Of a DNA stretch of 64,000 bases, positions 16,426 to 31,700 are shown piece after piece. The DNA comes from the human T2T-CHM13v2.0 reference genome, Homo sapiens. Both the position numbers and the translations under genes were made by a program. The notes beneath the pieces are model-generated. The model had not been told where the DNA came from. It searched no databases and worked only from the letters and a program-made list of their open reading frames with translations. The stretch is from positions 8,032,001 to 8,096,000 of the forward strand of contig CP068257.2 in the NCBI GenBank assembly GCA_009914755.4. Direction: 5' to 3'. Positions within the stretch are counted from its first letter, which is position 1, and the number at the start of each line of letters is the position of its first letter.

Positions 16426-16716
16426 ATTTTATTTTATTTTGAGAGAGGGTCTCACTTTGTCACCCAAGATGGAGTGCAGTCATGTGATCAGAGCTCACTG
16501 AAGCCTTCACATACTGTGCTCAAACGATTCTCCCACCTCAGCCTCCTGAGTAGCAGGGACGGCAGGTGCATGACACCATACTAGCTAATTTTTGTAAAGA
16601 TGGGGTTTCACCATGTTGCCCTGGCTGATCTCCAACTCCTGGACTCAAGAGATCTGGCCACCTTAGCCTCCCAAAGTGCTGGGATTATAGTTTTGAGGCA
16701 CCGCGATCAGCCCAGC
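16426..16716 (-). mobile_element. Alu SINE (older, AluJ/S-like), antisense, with a (TTTTA)n tail.
   Basis: ttttattttattttattttgagagagggtctcactttgtcacccaagatggagtgcag...ctcccaaagtgctgggattatag...gcaccgcgatcagcccagcc. Confidence 0.9.
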
Positions 16717-19700
16717 CTTAAAAAAGGCTGACTAGAGATCTTTATCTATGTATATCTATATCTATTTATAAAATAAACATGTGTTTATTATATAAAATAT
16801 ATATTATTAATATATAAATTTTTTTTCAAGGTAGAAATATATAAAGAGGGTACATGTAGAGCCTCGGTCATTGTGTAGTAAAGCTCAAGGCCTTTGAAGA
16901 AATGCCCCTTGCCTCTTTTGTCTGTGCTAGAATCCGAGAAGGGAAATCAGCAGATGCACTGGTTCCCAGGTTCTTGGCATCCTACAGAGAGAAACATGTT
17001 TGAGCTAGGGTAGCGTTAAACACCCTTGTTCTTACTCTCCTGTTTTATGTAGTGAGCACAGACTAGCTTCATGAGAACAGACTGTGACAGTCGAGGCTGT
17101 CTGTTATTTTGTGCAGCATTAATTGAGAAATTCTAGTACCTGAAGACCCCTGGGCCATTTGAGGGTAGGTGCTGGGGAGGAAAGGGAAGTTTGCATCCCT
17201 CCTGCTGTGGAGAGAACCCGTGGGAAGCACAGACCTTGTCCTAACTGAAGGCAGACCCCTTGCTAACCAGCTTCTCATCAGCCAACCCTGGATGAGTTTC
17301 CATGTCTATTTACTAAATAATCCTTATTGCTTTTCTTCATATGGGCAAAGTATGGTTTACAGGGACTATTGTTCCTTTGAACACCCATCGTGCAAACTGC
17401 TTCCTGTTGTGGGAAAACAGGTTTCCATATGTGTCTTATTGGGAAACACATAGGCAATTTCTATGTTTTTACTGCATCTATTTCATGGATATGGGAACTG
17501 AATAGTGCCCATCAAAGGCTCTCCTGCTGTTGGAAATTGATCTGAGAGCGCGGAAGGACATAATTCTTTCTTTGTTCCTGGGCAGCGGTGGTTGAGGGAT
17601 CATTTTGTGGCAGCTACAGTGGCAATGATGGAGGCAGAATGGAGGGATCAGTACCAAGACAAGGAGAGACTTGGCCTCACAATGGCAGCATTGCAGGGGT
17701 GCGCTCTACAGAGCATTTGCTCACATGGTTTTGGGCATTGTCTCTAAATACATTGCTTCCCCAATAGGTTGACCCATTCTAAATAACTCCTTTTCTCTTT
17801 AAAAAAGGAAACTTCATTTGTATGACTTGCAATTGTAAATGACACCAATTGGCCAGTTATCATTCAAATTCTCTGTTACTTAATCCTGTCTTTTCCTGAC
17901 GTATGCAACTTCCCCTAAAAAATTGGACACTTTGTTGCTTACTCATTGTCTTTACACATTTTAAAATGTTGCTTTATGCCCCCAATCCCTAACTACATTT
18001 TCAATGTTTTGCAAGTGGAGTCCATGTGTTCTTGATTTACGTGAAGCTCAAAATAATGGTTATAGTAACTAGTACTTCATAATTAAGCAAAAAGCTCTTA
18101 TTGAAAAATGACAGAACTATACATAGAGATGACAACATGGAGAGATATTTCCTGAGATCACAAAGTTATGGTATGGCAGAACTAGAACGTTGAGAAGAGA
18201 CTCTGTGTTCCCAATCATTATTTCTACCAGCAGCTTTCTATTTGGATATTAATAATGTTCTTATGTGGGCAACCCTACATATTTGCCAAGGTTTAGTTCA
18301 TTGACAAAGAAATAGAAAGAGCTTCAAGAACACTCTAATCTTTAAAAAATAAAATATCTATAATTGGCCATATGAAAAAAAATTGGTACTTGACATATAC
18401 TGAGATCGTTTTATTTTGTGCGAGACAAATGAAGTCATAGAACAGAATGTGCTTTAAGTTTTATGAATAGTGCTTGCATGTGTGTGTGTGTGTCTATAGA
18501 TGCATATTAGGCCGTTGAAAAGTTTTATTATTCTTTCCAGAAGAGAGACTGCCAACTTTTGAACCTAATTAGAACAAGTAGATTGCTTCTTCATATTTTT
18601 ATGAAGGCAAAGAGAGTCTAGTTAAAAATAATTCAACTTATCGTGGAAACGCTATAAATTGCTGTGAAGTGAGTTGCTGGCTATGGCTTGTCAGAGCACA
18701 TATATTGTACAAATCTTAGGGGAGAATTAGTGCTTATGCATTAAAATCAAATCATCTTGCAGCACACCGAGAAAAAGGTTAGACTTTTAAAATAATTTCA
18801 AAGTCATGAAAAGAGCAAATATGCTCAAGAAAGAGCCTAGCAACGCTCAATGACCAATTCCCCTTTTATATAGTTTGGTATCTGAATTAGAATGCCAGAA
18901 TCTACAAATTCCTCTGGGTGAGGGTGCTGCATTTTGAGGATTTTATAACACTGCCATCACCAAGCTCTCTTTTGTTATTCACTTTAAGGAGATAATTTAC
19001 GGGCAACCAGGGAACATAAACCAAAGTAGATGTCTATCTAGATATATAGATACATCTCCATATCATTGACAAGATACCTTCTGGCCTAGTGTGAGTACAA
19101 TCTATGGGTGTGGTTGGAGAGAACATGTGTTCCACCTGAATGGCAGATCAAGATTATTCCTTCTCATCTGCTGCAATGGCTCAGTGTGTTAAGGAGAGGA
19201 GCGAGACAGCAAGAACTGCATTCACTTAGTCATACAGACCAAAAGGAGGAATGTCGCCCAGCCCTCTTAACTGACCCAGAACACAGCTCATGTCTCAACT
19301 GCTACCTCTACTATTTAGAAAGAAGTGACTCTGCCAAATCAGGGTTCTGGACAAATATATTTTTATTGATCACATACAAATAGATGAAGATGGACTTGGA
19401 TGTTAAGAAAAATAATACTATACAAAATCAAGAGTAGACAGTCACTCCTAGACTTAAATTAAGAGTGTGTACATTAGATAATTTAATCCAATGTATCAGG
19501 TAAAAACTTGAACAAACCTTTTGGCCTCTTCCATACAATTCAGGGAAGCATGTCCTCCACAAAACAGTATCAAAATATAAATAAAAGACTGGCTTAAGAT
19601 GAAAGGAAACCTTATGAATGAAAAGAAGCCAGATGAGAGGCACTTAACTGAGAATGAAAAGAAACTGAGTGGACAAAATAATTATGAGAAGATGAACCTT

Positions 19701-20559
19701 CAAATCAGAAAGAGGGAAAAAAGCTTATTTGATACTATGGGAACTCAAAAGAGAGTGAACACAAATGTGAAAATTCCAGGAGTAAAGAAAAGTAGCACAG
19801 CTGAATTAAGAGCATGAGAAAATGTATACAATTTTGAGTAATAAGAACAGAAATCAAAAGTAACTATTGTATGTTATATTTTAGTAGAGCAACACTGAAG
19901 AAGAATGAAAACAAGAAATAATATTAAATATGAACATAAGGAGAAGAGAATAATATTTTTAAAATTTTGAGTTTCTAAGTTTACCTGAAATTTTAATTTT
20001 GGTTTCTTATGTAATACCAGAGTTATTAGGAAGTTATTAGCTAATAACACTATTTTCAGTGATATTTTAAGTATTTGTCCTAGAAAAATTTCTATTTTTT
20101 AAAAATGTATATTTAAAAATACATTAAATGTGTATATATATCAATCATATGTATCGATTTCTGTTTTTTTTTTGAATTGCAAATGAAATCTGTATTTTTG
20201 TGTTCCTGGAAAAAAATAAACTTGACTGGATCGTAATATATTATTCATGCTGTAATTCAATGTATTTGAATACTTTAAGAATGTTACATTTATAGTTAAC
20301 AGACATTGACCTATAAATTTTCTTTCATATAATGATGCTGTGAGACAATCTAAGAAGAATTAAAATTTAAATTCATGTATTCCTACATTTTCCTCTGTTC
20401 TCTAACTGTAATATATTTTAATTACAGATGGAGGAACAGATAGATGTTAGATAAATAGGTATATAATAGATAGATCATCCAAAATTCTTATTCTTATGGT
20501 TTTATGCAGTCAGTATTTACCTCTATTTTTCTACATGTTTATCCTTCCAATTTAGTTAA

Positions 20560-21330
20560 TTACTTCCTGCACCTTTGATGTCATATATATAAACAGGAAA
20601 TAACACGTGGTGGCCAGAATGTAGAGAGAGCCACAAGACTTGTGAATAAAATCCACAGGCAAGCATGTGGCGATTCCTTTTGCAGTTTTGGAGGGAATGC
20701 CAAACCCTATGTTTGCTGTGGAAAAGAGTATGGTAGTTCCTCAAAACATCAAAATGATATTGCCATATGACTCAGCAGCGCCACATCTCAGGATAGCAAA
20801 AGAATTGAAAGCAGAGTCTTGAAAAAATATTTGCACATCCATGTTTGCAGCAGCATTATTGGCAATAGCTAAAACGTAGAAGCACGTGAAGTGTCCAACA
20901 ACAGATGAATGGATAAGCACAATATGATATATACATACAATAGAATATTATTCAGCCTTAAACATGAGGGAAATATTCTGACATATGTTGCAACTTGGAT
21001 GAAACTTGAGGATATTATGCCAAGTGAAATAACTTAGTCAGTGAAGGACAAATACAGTATAATTCCATTTGTATAAGGGACTTAAAGTGGACAGAATCAC
21101 AGAGATAGTACAATGATGGTTGCCAGAAGCTGGGGGGAGGAAGAAATGGGGAAGTATTGTTTAATGGGTATAGAGTTTCAGTTTCACAAGATGAAACGAG
21201 TTATGGAGATGGATGGTAGGGATGGCTGCACAATGTTATGACTATATTTAGTACCACTGAACTGTACTCTTAAAATGGTTAACAGAGTACATTTTATGTT
21301 ATGTGTATTTTATCACAATAAAAAAAATAA
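20560..21330 (+). mobile_element. Old L1 (L1M/L1PB-type) 3' fragment: the ORF2 C-terminus, the 3'UTR and an A-rich tail.
   Basis: The translation is ...CGF.SQVLW-like ORF2 end. The characteristic 3'UTR ggttgccagaagctggggggaggaagaaatggggaagtattgtttaatgggtatagagtttcagtttcacaagatgaaa...ttaaaatggttaacagagtacattttatgttatgtgtattttatcacaataaaaaaaataaaat is present. Confidence 0.8.
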
Positions 21331-23379
21331 AATACCTTAGGAACATTTTCCTGAAAGAGTCCACATAAAATTCGTTTTAATGCATGTGTTTATGCATAGC
21401 TTTCTATTTTTCTCTTTTCTATTTATATTCCAAATTAGAATATAATGCTAATCAAGCATAGTGGCTGTGTTTCTTGCTTCCTGTAGTCTGCAGGTAGCAT
21501 ACAAATGTAATAAACTACTTATTCATGTCACATCTATTTATTTTCTGCCTTATACCAAGCTTGTGGGATTCTCTTAAATACAACATTTTTATACTTACAT
21601 CTAGGCAATACCCATTAGCATCGCCTTCCTAAATCAGGGGAAATTGAGCCTCTGTAAGGTGGAGTAACTTCCTAAGATACAAAACTCAGCATTAAAGTCT
21701 GTATACTTCAATATCCTGCCCCCTTCTCATTTGTCTTTACTGCCTTTTATGTATGTGTTAGATATTCAATAAATTCTGTTTTTTAAACTGAATTTAAGCC
21801 GTGGAGCAGTGTTTTGTTGAACAATAAATATGATATAAGACACTCTTCCTCCCTTTCATTTATGATGCAGTTCATGAAAAAGAGAAACTCTTTCATTGTG
21901 CTAGAAGCTTAAAGTAATGAAAATGCCACGTTCTATATTAAACAGAAACTGAAGGGAATCAAGGTGAATTGCATGAGACATAGAAAACAAGTGGGAAAGA
22001 AATCTAGTATAATTTGCCCTTTGTGTACCTTTATTATTTAGCGTTTGAGTAAATGTTTCCCCCAAATATCTTCCCATCTTAATTCATGTCTATAAAGTAG
22101 ACATTTATGTCTCACCTTGTCAAGAAGGGCAAACTCTAACATAAACATTTCCCAAAAATGCTTCCTGCTAAAACGTAAGCTCAGTCTGGCTAGAAATTAA
22201 GCTCACTTCATAAAGATTAATTGGTAGCTAATCTTTGCATGCTGTTCTCTGAACTTGAGTGAAAGCTGTCCATCAGGCATACAGGGAATGATGGAAAAAG
22301 TGACAACAGAAGATGAATGCTATGTCACTAACCTTCAAATATGACCTTCCTTGTCTTTTAAATTCTTGATATCTTAAGACTTCATTAATTCATCTCTCTT
22401 TGCCCTGGGTTCAACATTGTGCTATACCAAAACTCATGTAAAACAATGATCTAAGGTAATAAAAATGGCATTTTTCTTTCATGTGGATGCAAGCTAACTG
22501 GCATTTTTACAATCAACATATTTCCTTTGTCAATTTTTGATTCTGTATTGGAAGTAATTCATGGGTATTTCTGAAGGGAAGATGGTGTTTCTGTGTTCAT
22601 TGTGATCCAAACTGTTTTTAGACCTAGTGGCGTTTGTAAAACAATTTGTGCCAGCTGACCAAGGACCACTGTGGCAGAAAGCAGCAAACTTGCGTAAGAT
22701 GTCACTGCCTCATCAGTTGGCTTTGAAAACTAGGGGCTTACTCTATAGTCTTATGAATCAAAGACATTGATAGATGTAGTATAAGATTACAATCATATTT
22801 TCCTTTTGACAGTCACATTATAAAGCATGATGTATTGTAATTAATCTCAATTAGCTGATCACAATTAAAATTAATAAGGTTTCTTATTGCTGATAAAAAT
22901 CATGACTCTCCTGTTCTCAAATGTGCAAGAAATTCTTGTAATTTTAATACAAATTTGCATATTATTACTAATTGATTTAATCTCATTGGATTTGGTTCAT
23001 GGACCCAATTTATTAAAATATTGATAATGGGGTAATGATTTGTCTCCCCATTTCATTTACACTAAAAGCCACAATTCTTACAATGGTCTGCAAGCCCATC
23101 ATTATCTGCCGCATGTTAACCGCCAAAATTCTTTTATATCTTCACCCTTCATCTTACCAGTGTTCCTGGCCACCTCACTGTCCTATAGACATGCCAACAA
23201 GCTGCTGTCTTATGACGAAGACTAGTTAATTTCTTGGCCTGGAAAGATAGCCCTCCATATATCCATTGATGATCTCATTCAACTTCCTCAAGTCTTTACT
23301 GAAACCTCACATTCTCGATGAGACCTATTCAGTATTTCAAACTGCCTCCCAGTTGCAACATTCCAAAACCCCTTACTCT

Positions 23380-25430
23380 TCTGTGTATTTTTGAAAGGAT
23401 TTTTTGAGATATAATTCACATAGAGTGCACACATTAATGTCTACAAGTCAATGGCTTTTCGTATATGCACAGATAAGTGGAGCCATCATCACAATGAATT
23501 TTAGAGCATTTTCATCACTTCAAAAAGAAACCCCACCTTCTCTAGCTGTTAACCTCCTATGAACCCATCCCCTCCTCAATTCTAAGCAACCGCAAATCTG
23601 TTTTCTATCTCTATAGATTTTCCTATTCTATTTTCATCTAAATAGAATCATACAATAGGTGGCCTTTTGTGCCTGGCTTCTTTCAGTTGGCATAATGCTA
23701 TCAAGTTTCATATACGTATTGGTACTTTATTTCTTTTTATAACCGTATAATATTCAATTTCACGGATATAACATTTTGTTTATCCAATAATATTTTTATT
23801 GACATTTGAGTTGTGTTCAGTTTTTGGCTATTTTAAATACTGCTGCTAAAAATACTTGTGTACAATTTGTGTTTGAACACCTCTTTCCAATAATCTGGGT
23901 GTATACCTAGGAATAAATTTCTAGGTCATATGACAATTCTATGTTTAATATATTTAGAAGCCATCAAAGTATTTTCCAAAGTGGCCAATTCTAGCCATAG
24001 AGTGTCTAACTGTGGTTTTGATTTGTAGTTGCCTGATGAGTGATGCTATTGAGTATGTTTTTATGGGATTATTGACCGTTCGTGTATCTTCTTGGGAAAC
24101 ACATCTATTCCTATCATTTATCAGTTTTGAGTTGGGATATTTGTTACTGAGTTAAAACAATTTTTCTATATTCAAGATACATATATATACAGACATATAG
24201 ATACGTGTTTTTCAAATATCTTCTCACAATTTTTGAGCTGCCTTTTGACTTGCTTGGTTGTCCTTTGAAACACCAATGTCTTTAATTTTTAACAAATTTT
24301 AAATATCTAATTTTTATTTTGTTGCTCATGTTTTTGGTGTTACAGCTATTTCCTTGCTAGATCCAAAATCGTGAAGATTTTCCCATATGCTTTATTCTAG
24401 CTCTTGCATGTATGTATTTAATTCATTTGAGTTAATATTTTTGTATGCTTTGGGGTAAGGGTTCCAATTTATTATTTTGCAAGTGGTGATCCACGTGTAC
24501 GTTGTTGACCCAGTTTGTTCAAAGACTGTCTCTTCCTCATTGAATTGCACATGTCACCACTGTAAGAATCCATTGACTATAGATACATAGTTTCATATAT
24601 GGACTCTCAATTCTCTTCCATCAATCTATATATTTTTCCTTCATCAGTATTGTGTTTTCTTGATTACTGATGCTTTGCCGTAAGGTTTGGAGCAGGAGGT
24701 GTTAATTATCCTAATATGTTTTCTTTTTTCAAGACTATTTTGGCTATTTTGAGTCCCTTACAATTCCATGTGTATTTTAGAATCACCTTGTCAGTTTCTA
24801 GACAGAAGTCTGTTGGGATACTTGTACGGATTTCATCAAATCTGTAGTTCAAATTGTAAAGTACTACAATATTAAATCTTCCAATTCATGGGTGTAAGAT
24901 GTTTGCTAATTATTTAGATCTTCTTTAAACAATAATTTTTAATTTTCAGAGTAAAATCTTGTATAATATTTTCCAAATTAATTATTATTTCTTTTTTTGA
25001 TGCTGTTGTAAATTGAAATGTTTTCTTAATTTCATTTTGGGGTTTTCATTGTAGATGTGTGCAATTGGTTTTTGTATATTTACCTTGTATGCTGTAATAT
25101 TGTTGAAATAATTTACTAGTTCTATTGATCAGTGGATTCCTTAAAATTTTCTATATACAAGAATGTTATTTGCAAATAAAGTTTCATTTCTTCCTGTTCA
25201 ATATAGGTGACTCTTATTTCTTTACTTGCCGATTAGCCCTGCATAAAATCTTTAGTACAGTGTTGACTAGAAGAGGTCAAAGTATATATCTTATTCTTAT
25301 CTCCGACCATTGCGGGAAAGTATCCTTTCTTTCACCACTAAGTTGAATGTTTGTTGTTGGCTTTTCACAGGTGCCATGTATCTGGTGTAGAAAGTTCTCT
25401 ATTCCTGGTTCATTGAGTTTTAATTTTTAT
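23380..25430 (+). mobile_element. Old L1M-family 3' portion (ORF2 C-terminal region plus 3'UTR).
   Basis: Diverged matches to the L1 ORF2 C-terminus and UTR (ggatataacattttgtttatccaataatatttttattgacatttgagttgtgttcagtttttggctattttaaatactgctgct..., ttccaaagtggccaattctagccatagagtgtctaactgtggttttgatttgtagttgcctgatgagtgatgctattgag...). Confidence 0.7.
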
Positions 25431-25439
25431 TTGTAATTA

Positions 25440-25700
25440 TTAAAGCATTTGGATTTTCTTAAATGTCTTTTCTGAATCTATCGAGATGATCACGCAATTC
25501 TTGTTTCTTATTCTATGGATAAGATGTATTATCTTAGTGGGTTTTAGGCTGTTAAACCAACCTGGGATGACTAGTATTAATTTCACTTTGTCATAGTGTA
25601 TAATTCTTTTATATGTTGCTACATTTGATTTGTTAGTATTTTTTAAAGAATTTTGCATTTATACTTATAGTAGTTTTATTTTTCTATGCTATTTGGACTA
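25440..25700 (-). mobile_element. Old L1 ORF2 RT-domain fragment in inverted orientation relative to the adjacent L1M piece.
   Basis: The minus-strand ORF 25440-25658 translates to ...IISIDSEKTFKKIQ..., which is the L1 RT motif [14 protein letters not shown]. Confidence 0.7.
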
Positions 25701-28700
25701 AATTTCGTATCAAGGTAACACTGGCCCCACAGAATAAATTGGGAAGTGAATATTTCTCTATTTAAAAAAAAGTTAGTCAAGAATTAATATCAGTTAGTCA
25801 ATACCAACAAATATGATCAATATTATAAATTATTAATTTCTCTGATTTTTATTTTCTTCCTTCTGCTTGCTTTAGGTTTAGTTTGCTATTTTTTCCAGTA
25901 CCTTAATGTGGAAGGTCATCTTATCTCATCCTTTCATTTGTCTTTTCATTTTCAAAATAGTGTCTTTTTAGCATCAGGTGAGCTCCCCAGGTTGGTAGTA
26001 CTCCATGTTTATTGCTGTACAACAATGACAGGTAGTACGTCCTGAAGACAATGGAAACAACATTCAAAATCCTCCTAGATTCCACCTTATGTGATATGTC
26101 CCTTCCTTTGATTGGTTCTAATTTCTACCCTTTCTCTATTATAAACCATGAATACAATGGCATTCAATGAGTTCTGTGAGTCTTTCTAGTAAATTCTTGA
26201 AACTGAGGGTGTTCTGGGGAAACCCCTGAACTTGCAGTTGGTGTCAAAAGTGAGAATCGTATATGGCCTCTTCCTTTGAACTTTGCAGCTGGACCCAAAC
26301 TCTGCACAATTTGGGCCAGAAGTCTCGTGTTGACTTTGCAGCCTAAATTATCTTGTAGTTTGTCTAACCCTTAATAAATTTGCTTTCATCAAATATTGTA
26401 TTTGTTATCCCAAAATTACCATCATGTTTTTTTCTCCAAATAACTAAAATTGGGAGAAATAGCCAGCTGAATCTGTAACTCAACAGAAACAAGTGATCCA
26501 TATACCATATAAGTGGCCATTTCATTTTGTCTCCTTCCACCAAATCTTAGCAACCTCAACCATTACCATGAGCCACTGTAGGCCTACCGGCTACAAACAA
26601 ACAAGTGTCTTTAAAAACATTTCACACTCCCATTTGATAAATTTCCCAGCAAAGAGATGACTGCTTTAACTCTATGCACGTGGGTCATATTCGCAAAGTC
26701 TGGAGATATTATTCATGTAGTGTGAGAAAATCATCCCAGCGATGCCAGCACATTCTCCTTCCCATGATCTGCTTAGTTTGCAAACATGTTCAGGCCATAG
26801 GTGAGAGATTTGCATTTTACAGTACAACAATTTTATGGAGGACATTGAAACCTAGATTGAGCATTTTAGTACAGTCACACATCACTGAATGTTAGGGATA
26901 CGTTCTAACAGATGCATCCATAGGCAATTTCATCGTTTTGTAAACATCACAGAGAATATTACAAACACTTAGATTGTACAGCCTACCACTTCTAGGTTAT
27001 ATGGTAGAGCCTCTCTCTCCTAGGCTACAAACCTGTGTACTACATTACCGTACTGAATACTGCAGGCAATAAGAACACAGTGATAAGAGTTTATGTATGT
27101 AAACATACTTAAACATAGAAAAGTATGTAAAAATATGTATTATAATCTCATGGACCACTTTTGCATATGTAATCCATCTTTGACAGAAATGTTATTATGC
27201 ATTACATGACTCTAAGACAAAAATAAAATAACACATTGTAAAAAATGTACACATGTACCAAACATATTAATATTATAAAAATAAAAATATTCAGTGTAAG
27301 AATTTGTAGTGATCACAAAATATTCACAGCTTATATTTTAGTACAGTTGCAAAAGCCTAGTGCAATTACTATTTATTTCTGTGTGTATATTAAACATGTA
27401 TATAATAAATATTTTTCAGGTTCAACAATATATATCAATCCTACTGGCTCTTATAAATATTAGTTAAAATCAATTAGTAAATTCATGTATATATATACAC
27501 ACATGTGTATCAGTGAGTGTGTGTGCATGTATGGGTGTGAATGTAATTGTAGGTGTGTGTAAATGTAATTGGATGCATCCTAATATTTATCCTACCTACA
27601 AGATTTCCAAGATTCATTTATTATCTTTAGATGATGTGCATTTAAAGATTTACCAAATAAAACTCTAATCGTGGAAAATCTCAAGATGTTATTAAATTCA
27701 CCTTGTGCACATAATTGTTTCTTTAAATTTATGTTTCTTGCAAAACCAGCATTAACGCTCATGCACAAAATAATTTTCTAAATAAAAAATGAAAACATTT
27801 TCTCAGTCATTAATTCTTAATAATTATTTCTCTCCAATAATTAATGTGAATTGATTCTTAATTCTTAACTATAGAATAATGTTGCCCTTCAGAATTCTGA
27901 AACTTTTGCATGTTGTATACATTTCACTAACTAGTTAGAACAACTTCTGGAATATTGGCATTAATTAATGTCACTCAGCAATTATTGATTTCAAAGAAAT
28001 TAAATACCTGAATCACAAGGGTATTTTGGCATCTAATTTAATCAAGCTCTTTGTATCATCATCTACACGTTAATTACTTAACAAACATTTCTCTGTGTGA
28101 GAAAGTTTGAGCAGGTTATTGTGCTTTGTTAATATGCAACTTTTGCTTAATCTAGAGATAGGCAACGCTCCCTGTAAGGGACAAAGAGAAAAATGAATGA
28201 GCAATAGAGATGTGACAGGCATGGAAAAAGACAATACATTTATAAAACAAATAGGGCCACAGATGACGATAATGGGGATAAATCTTGAGATACTGACTCA
28301 GTTTACAACCGCACTGTATAATAGAGCAAATCATTTGTTAATTTTTTTACAAATGGAATTTAATTTAATTAAGATGAATAAAGTATTTTAAACAAGGCTT
28401 GTCATCTTAAAATAAAATAGTGGAATAAAGTGATAAAACCAATGTAAAAATCATAAACATTGTATAAAGAATTTTTTCAGGTAATTTAATATTTTTGTTT
28501 ATTTAAAATCACCCTAATCAAAATAATATTATCTTAATTAACAAGTAATCATCAGAAGTTTAACTAATTTTTACTTTATAATACTAGGTTTAAAAATTCT
28601 TAACTATATTTTTAAGCATATATGCTTATATATAAAATAGACACAGGATATATATTTACATGTTCACAATATTATATTGTAATTGTTCCTATGCATGCGG

Positions 28701-31700
28701 GTTTTCAATAGAATTAATAAGTACTTTTAAAAGGTTCCAATTTCAATGATATATATGCTTGATTTTTCTTTGACAAAGCATACATATATTGATAGGTAAT
28801 AATATGAAAATCTTCTAAAGACATTACAGGAACATGAAAATGTAATTAAATACTCAATAATTTGTAATGTTTTATGTAAGCAGAACACATTTAACTGAAA
28901 ATCGCTTTTATGTAATACTCAAACGAGACTAAAAACATTTTAACTAGCGGAGTAAGTCTTCAAATTGATAATCTGAACTACATAAGAGTAGAAACTTCAG
29001 GCACTCAAATATTTGAAATGCTACAAAATACTTATATAAACTAATATTTAAAAATTTCTGTTTGTAGAGTGCTACACAGTAATCAATATAAATGACATCT
29101 CAAGTCTTTCTATAGCTTTGACCACATTTACCTCCTAATTTTAATTATTAATATGTTGGAGCAGTACATACAACAAGACTCCGATCTTCCTTTTTAATGA
29201 GTAAAAATATATCCTTTGAGACAGCATTAAAGAAAGAGCACCTTGTATAAATTCAATTCAAAGAGACAAGATATTCTTGACTCTGAAGTCTTGTTCGTTG
29301 ATACAGCAATGTAATTAATAATAAGAAGAAAAGCAGGACATAGATGTGGAGACTATTTTAATCAAAAATTGTCTATAGATTTTGATGATAAAATTTAAAA
29401 ATCTACTGTATTTAGTTAGTTACAAAAAACTAGGTTATAGGAACATATTTGGTCAATAAAACACCCCTACCAAATGCTGACAAGAAAAAAAGTTAGGTAT
29501 CACCTTTCTTCTCTGCAGATGGCCTGAGATGGGTTAATTTAAAGGAATGCTTCCAAACCTGAGGTGACCCCTGAGAACAGCATAATCCACTGCTGTCTCC
29601 TACATTCAGTTTCTCAGTCTGTGATCTTTTAATTTTGTGGGGAGGGAAGCCAGTCCTTTAAAGCGATCTTCAGCATGATGGCAGAGCCAAGGAGTGTGGA
29701 CAGGTGGCACGGTGTCTGACTTTGTTCCAGCAGCCACTTGGGCTTTCTCTGGGTCTTCTGTGACCTAGGGATAGCACCACTATTGAAAACATGTCTTTGT
29801 GACATTCTCTATGCCAGGAACTCCCAACACATTTTCCTTGAAACTGATGAAATGAATAAAAATAAACCAAGAGGTGTGCTGTTTGTTTCTGTTTCCTCCT
29901 TTCTGCAGCCCTTCTTGATCATCTAATATTTTTAAATACATTGTCGATCACCAAAAGGAGCATAAGGGCTTTATTGATTTGTAGTAGATGTATTAATAGT
30001 CCAGCCGCTATTCCTTGCCTGTAGCTGCCGGGAAGAAAACCATTCTTAACACTCTACAAGGTCTCATCTCCAGAATTTGCACCTGTTTCTAGCTGAGGAC
30101 TTTCTCTAGCAGCACGGGAGCTTGTGACTGGGCATGAAGTGGGAAGAAAAGTGAGGGTAACTAAGAAGAATCTCCCTGGATTCAGTGATGTAATTCTGAG
30201 GCATGTTCCACATAGCTTCCCAGAGAATTAAGCCCAGATATCTAACACAGGAACTTGCCTCTTAACACGTGTGGTATTGGCTTTTCTATCTTTCCTGTTT
30301 TAGTTTGTTCCCTCTTCCTTGTCTCACTTTCACCGTGTCCTCACTCCTGCTTTAAGAATACCCAAACAAATAAATTCATTTATTTTTTTAGACTCTCAGA
30401 ACACAGTTGATAGTTGAACTTGTAATCTATGATAATCAGCTTGGATGCTATACTGACAGGAAGATGGTGAACTCACCATGTCTAATTAAGATAAAATATA
30501 AAAATATATTGATTCATGTCCAAAGATTTAAAAAATCTAAGCGGCAGTGTCACAATTTCTTCTTTTTAGTTTACATAGTTTCTTAAACGCCTACAATTAT
30601 TTTAAAGGAAGACTTGAGTCTAGGAAAAATTGAGACATATGGAATAAATTACTAACACATTTCTCCTTGAAATCCATTAGATGCTTGATGATTTTTCACA
30701 TATATTTCTGAATTGAAAAGCTAGCTGTGAATTACTTTTATCAGCATATCCTTATGTAATATTTTGTTTTTAACAGTGAATTGAAGCTTTAAAGGTTAAA
30801 TTATTCCATCCAGAGAATAAAAAGCAATTATTTCACAAGGAGAACTTGTGTATGTTGACACGACATTTTAAAATCTAGATTTTAAAACAGGTCCTATATA
30901 CTTTTGAGTCAATTAGAATATGTTTGTATCAGTCTGTCTACAGTTTTACACCTGTCAAAACGTACTTGAACTACAACAAGTACCTTGAAAAATTTTGAAA
31001 TTTATTATTCCTCTGAAACTGATTAAAAGAATTATGGTAGAGTGAAATTCTGATTGACATAATTTGGGAGAGAAATTATTCCTTGGAGATCAACCTCTGC
31101 CAAGATAGTTTATAACGACATTGAGACTTTTTGATTTACAAAATTTGTTATATAAAAAATACTAAGAAGATGACAGATAATACACAGACTTTAATTAAAA
31201 TTGTACTAAAATTAAATGTCTAAATAAATTAGAAGGGTACGTGGTATATCTAACTGTATGTTTACATATCTTAATTGTGCATTTTATTCCTAGGGTTGCT
31301 TTTTCTTTAGTTTGTAAAACGTTCTTATTTTTATGATAATGTAGTATATACTAAATAAAGAAAAATCAGGAAGTAGAAAATGAAGAAGAAAACATTAACT
31401 ATTGTCAACCAAATAAAAATTGTGCAATCTCTAAGTACATGAACTATGTATTATTTGTACAGCATGTACAATGTTTATGCTTCACAGGGTGAGGTAGAGA
31501 CTGCAAAACATTGAACCTGGGACAAATAAGAAAGTAAGGAAATTTTCTCAACATATTAATATTATAGAAAATGTTTAACATAACAGTTAAGATACAAGTA
31601 ATGAAAAGTGACAGTATTTAAGGAGATCTAGAGAATTTATATCTGTAATGTGTGAGAAGTATTAGAATAATGCTTGTATTTCTGGATTGGCATCGATTTC

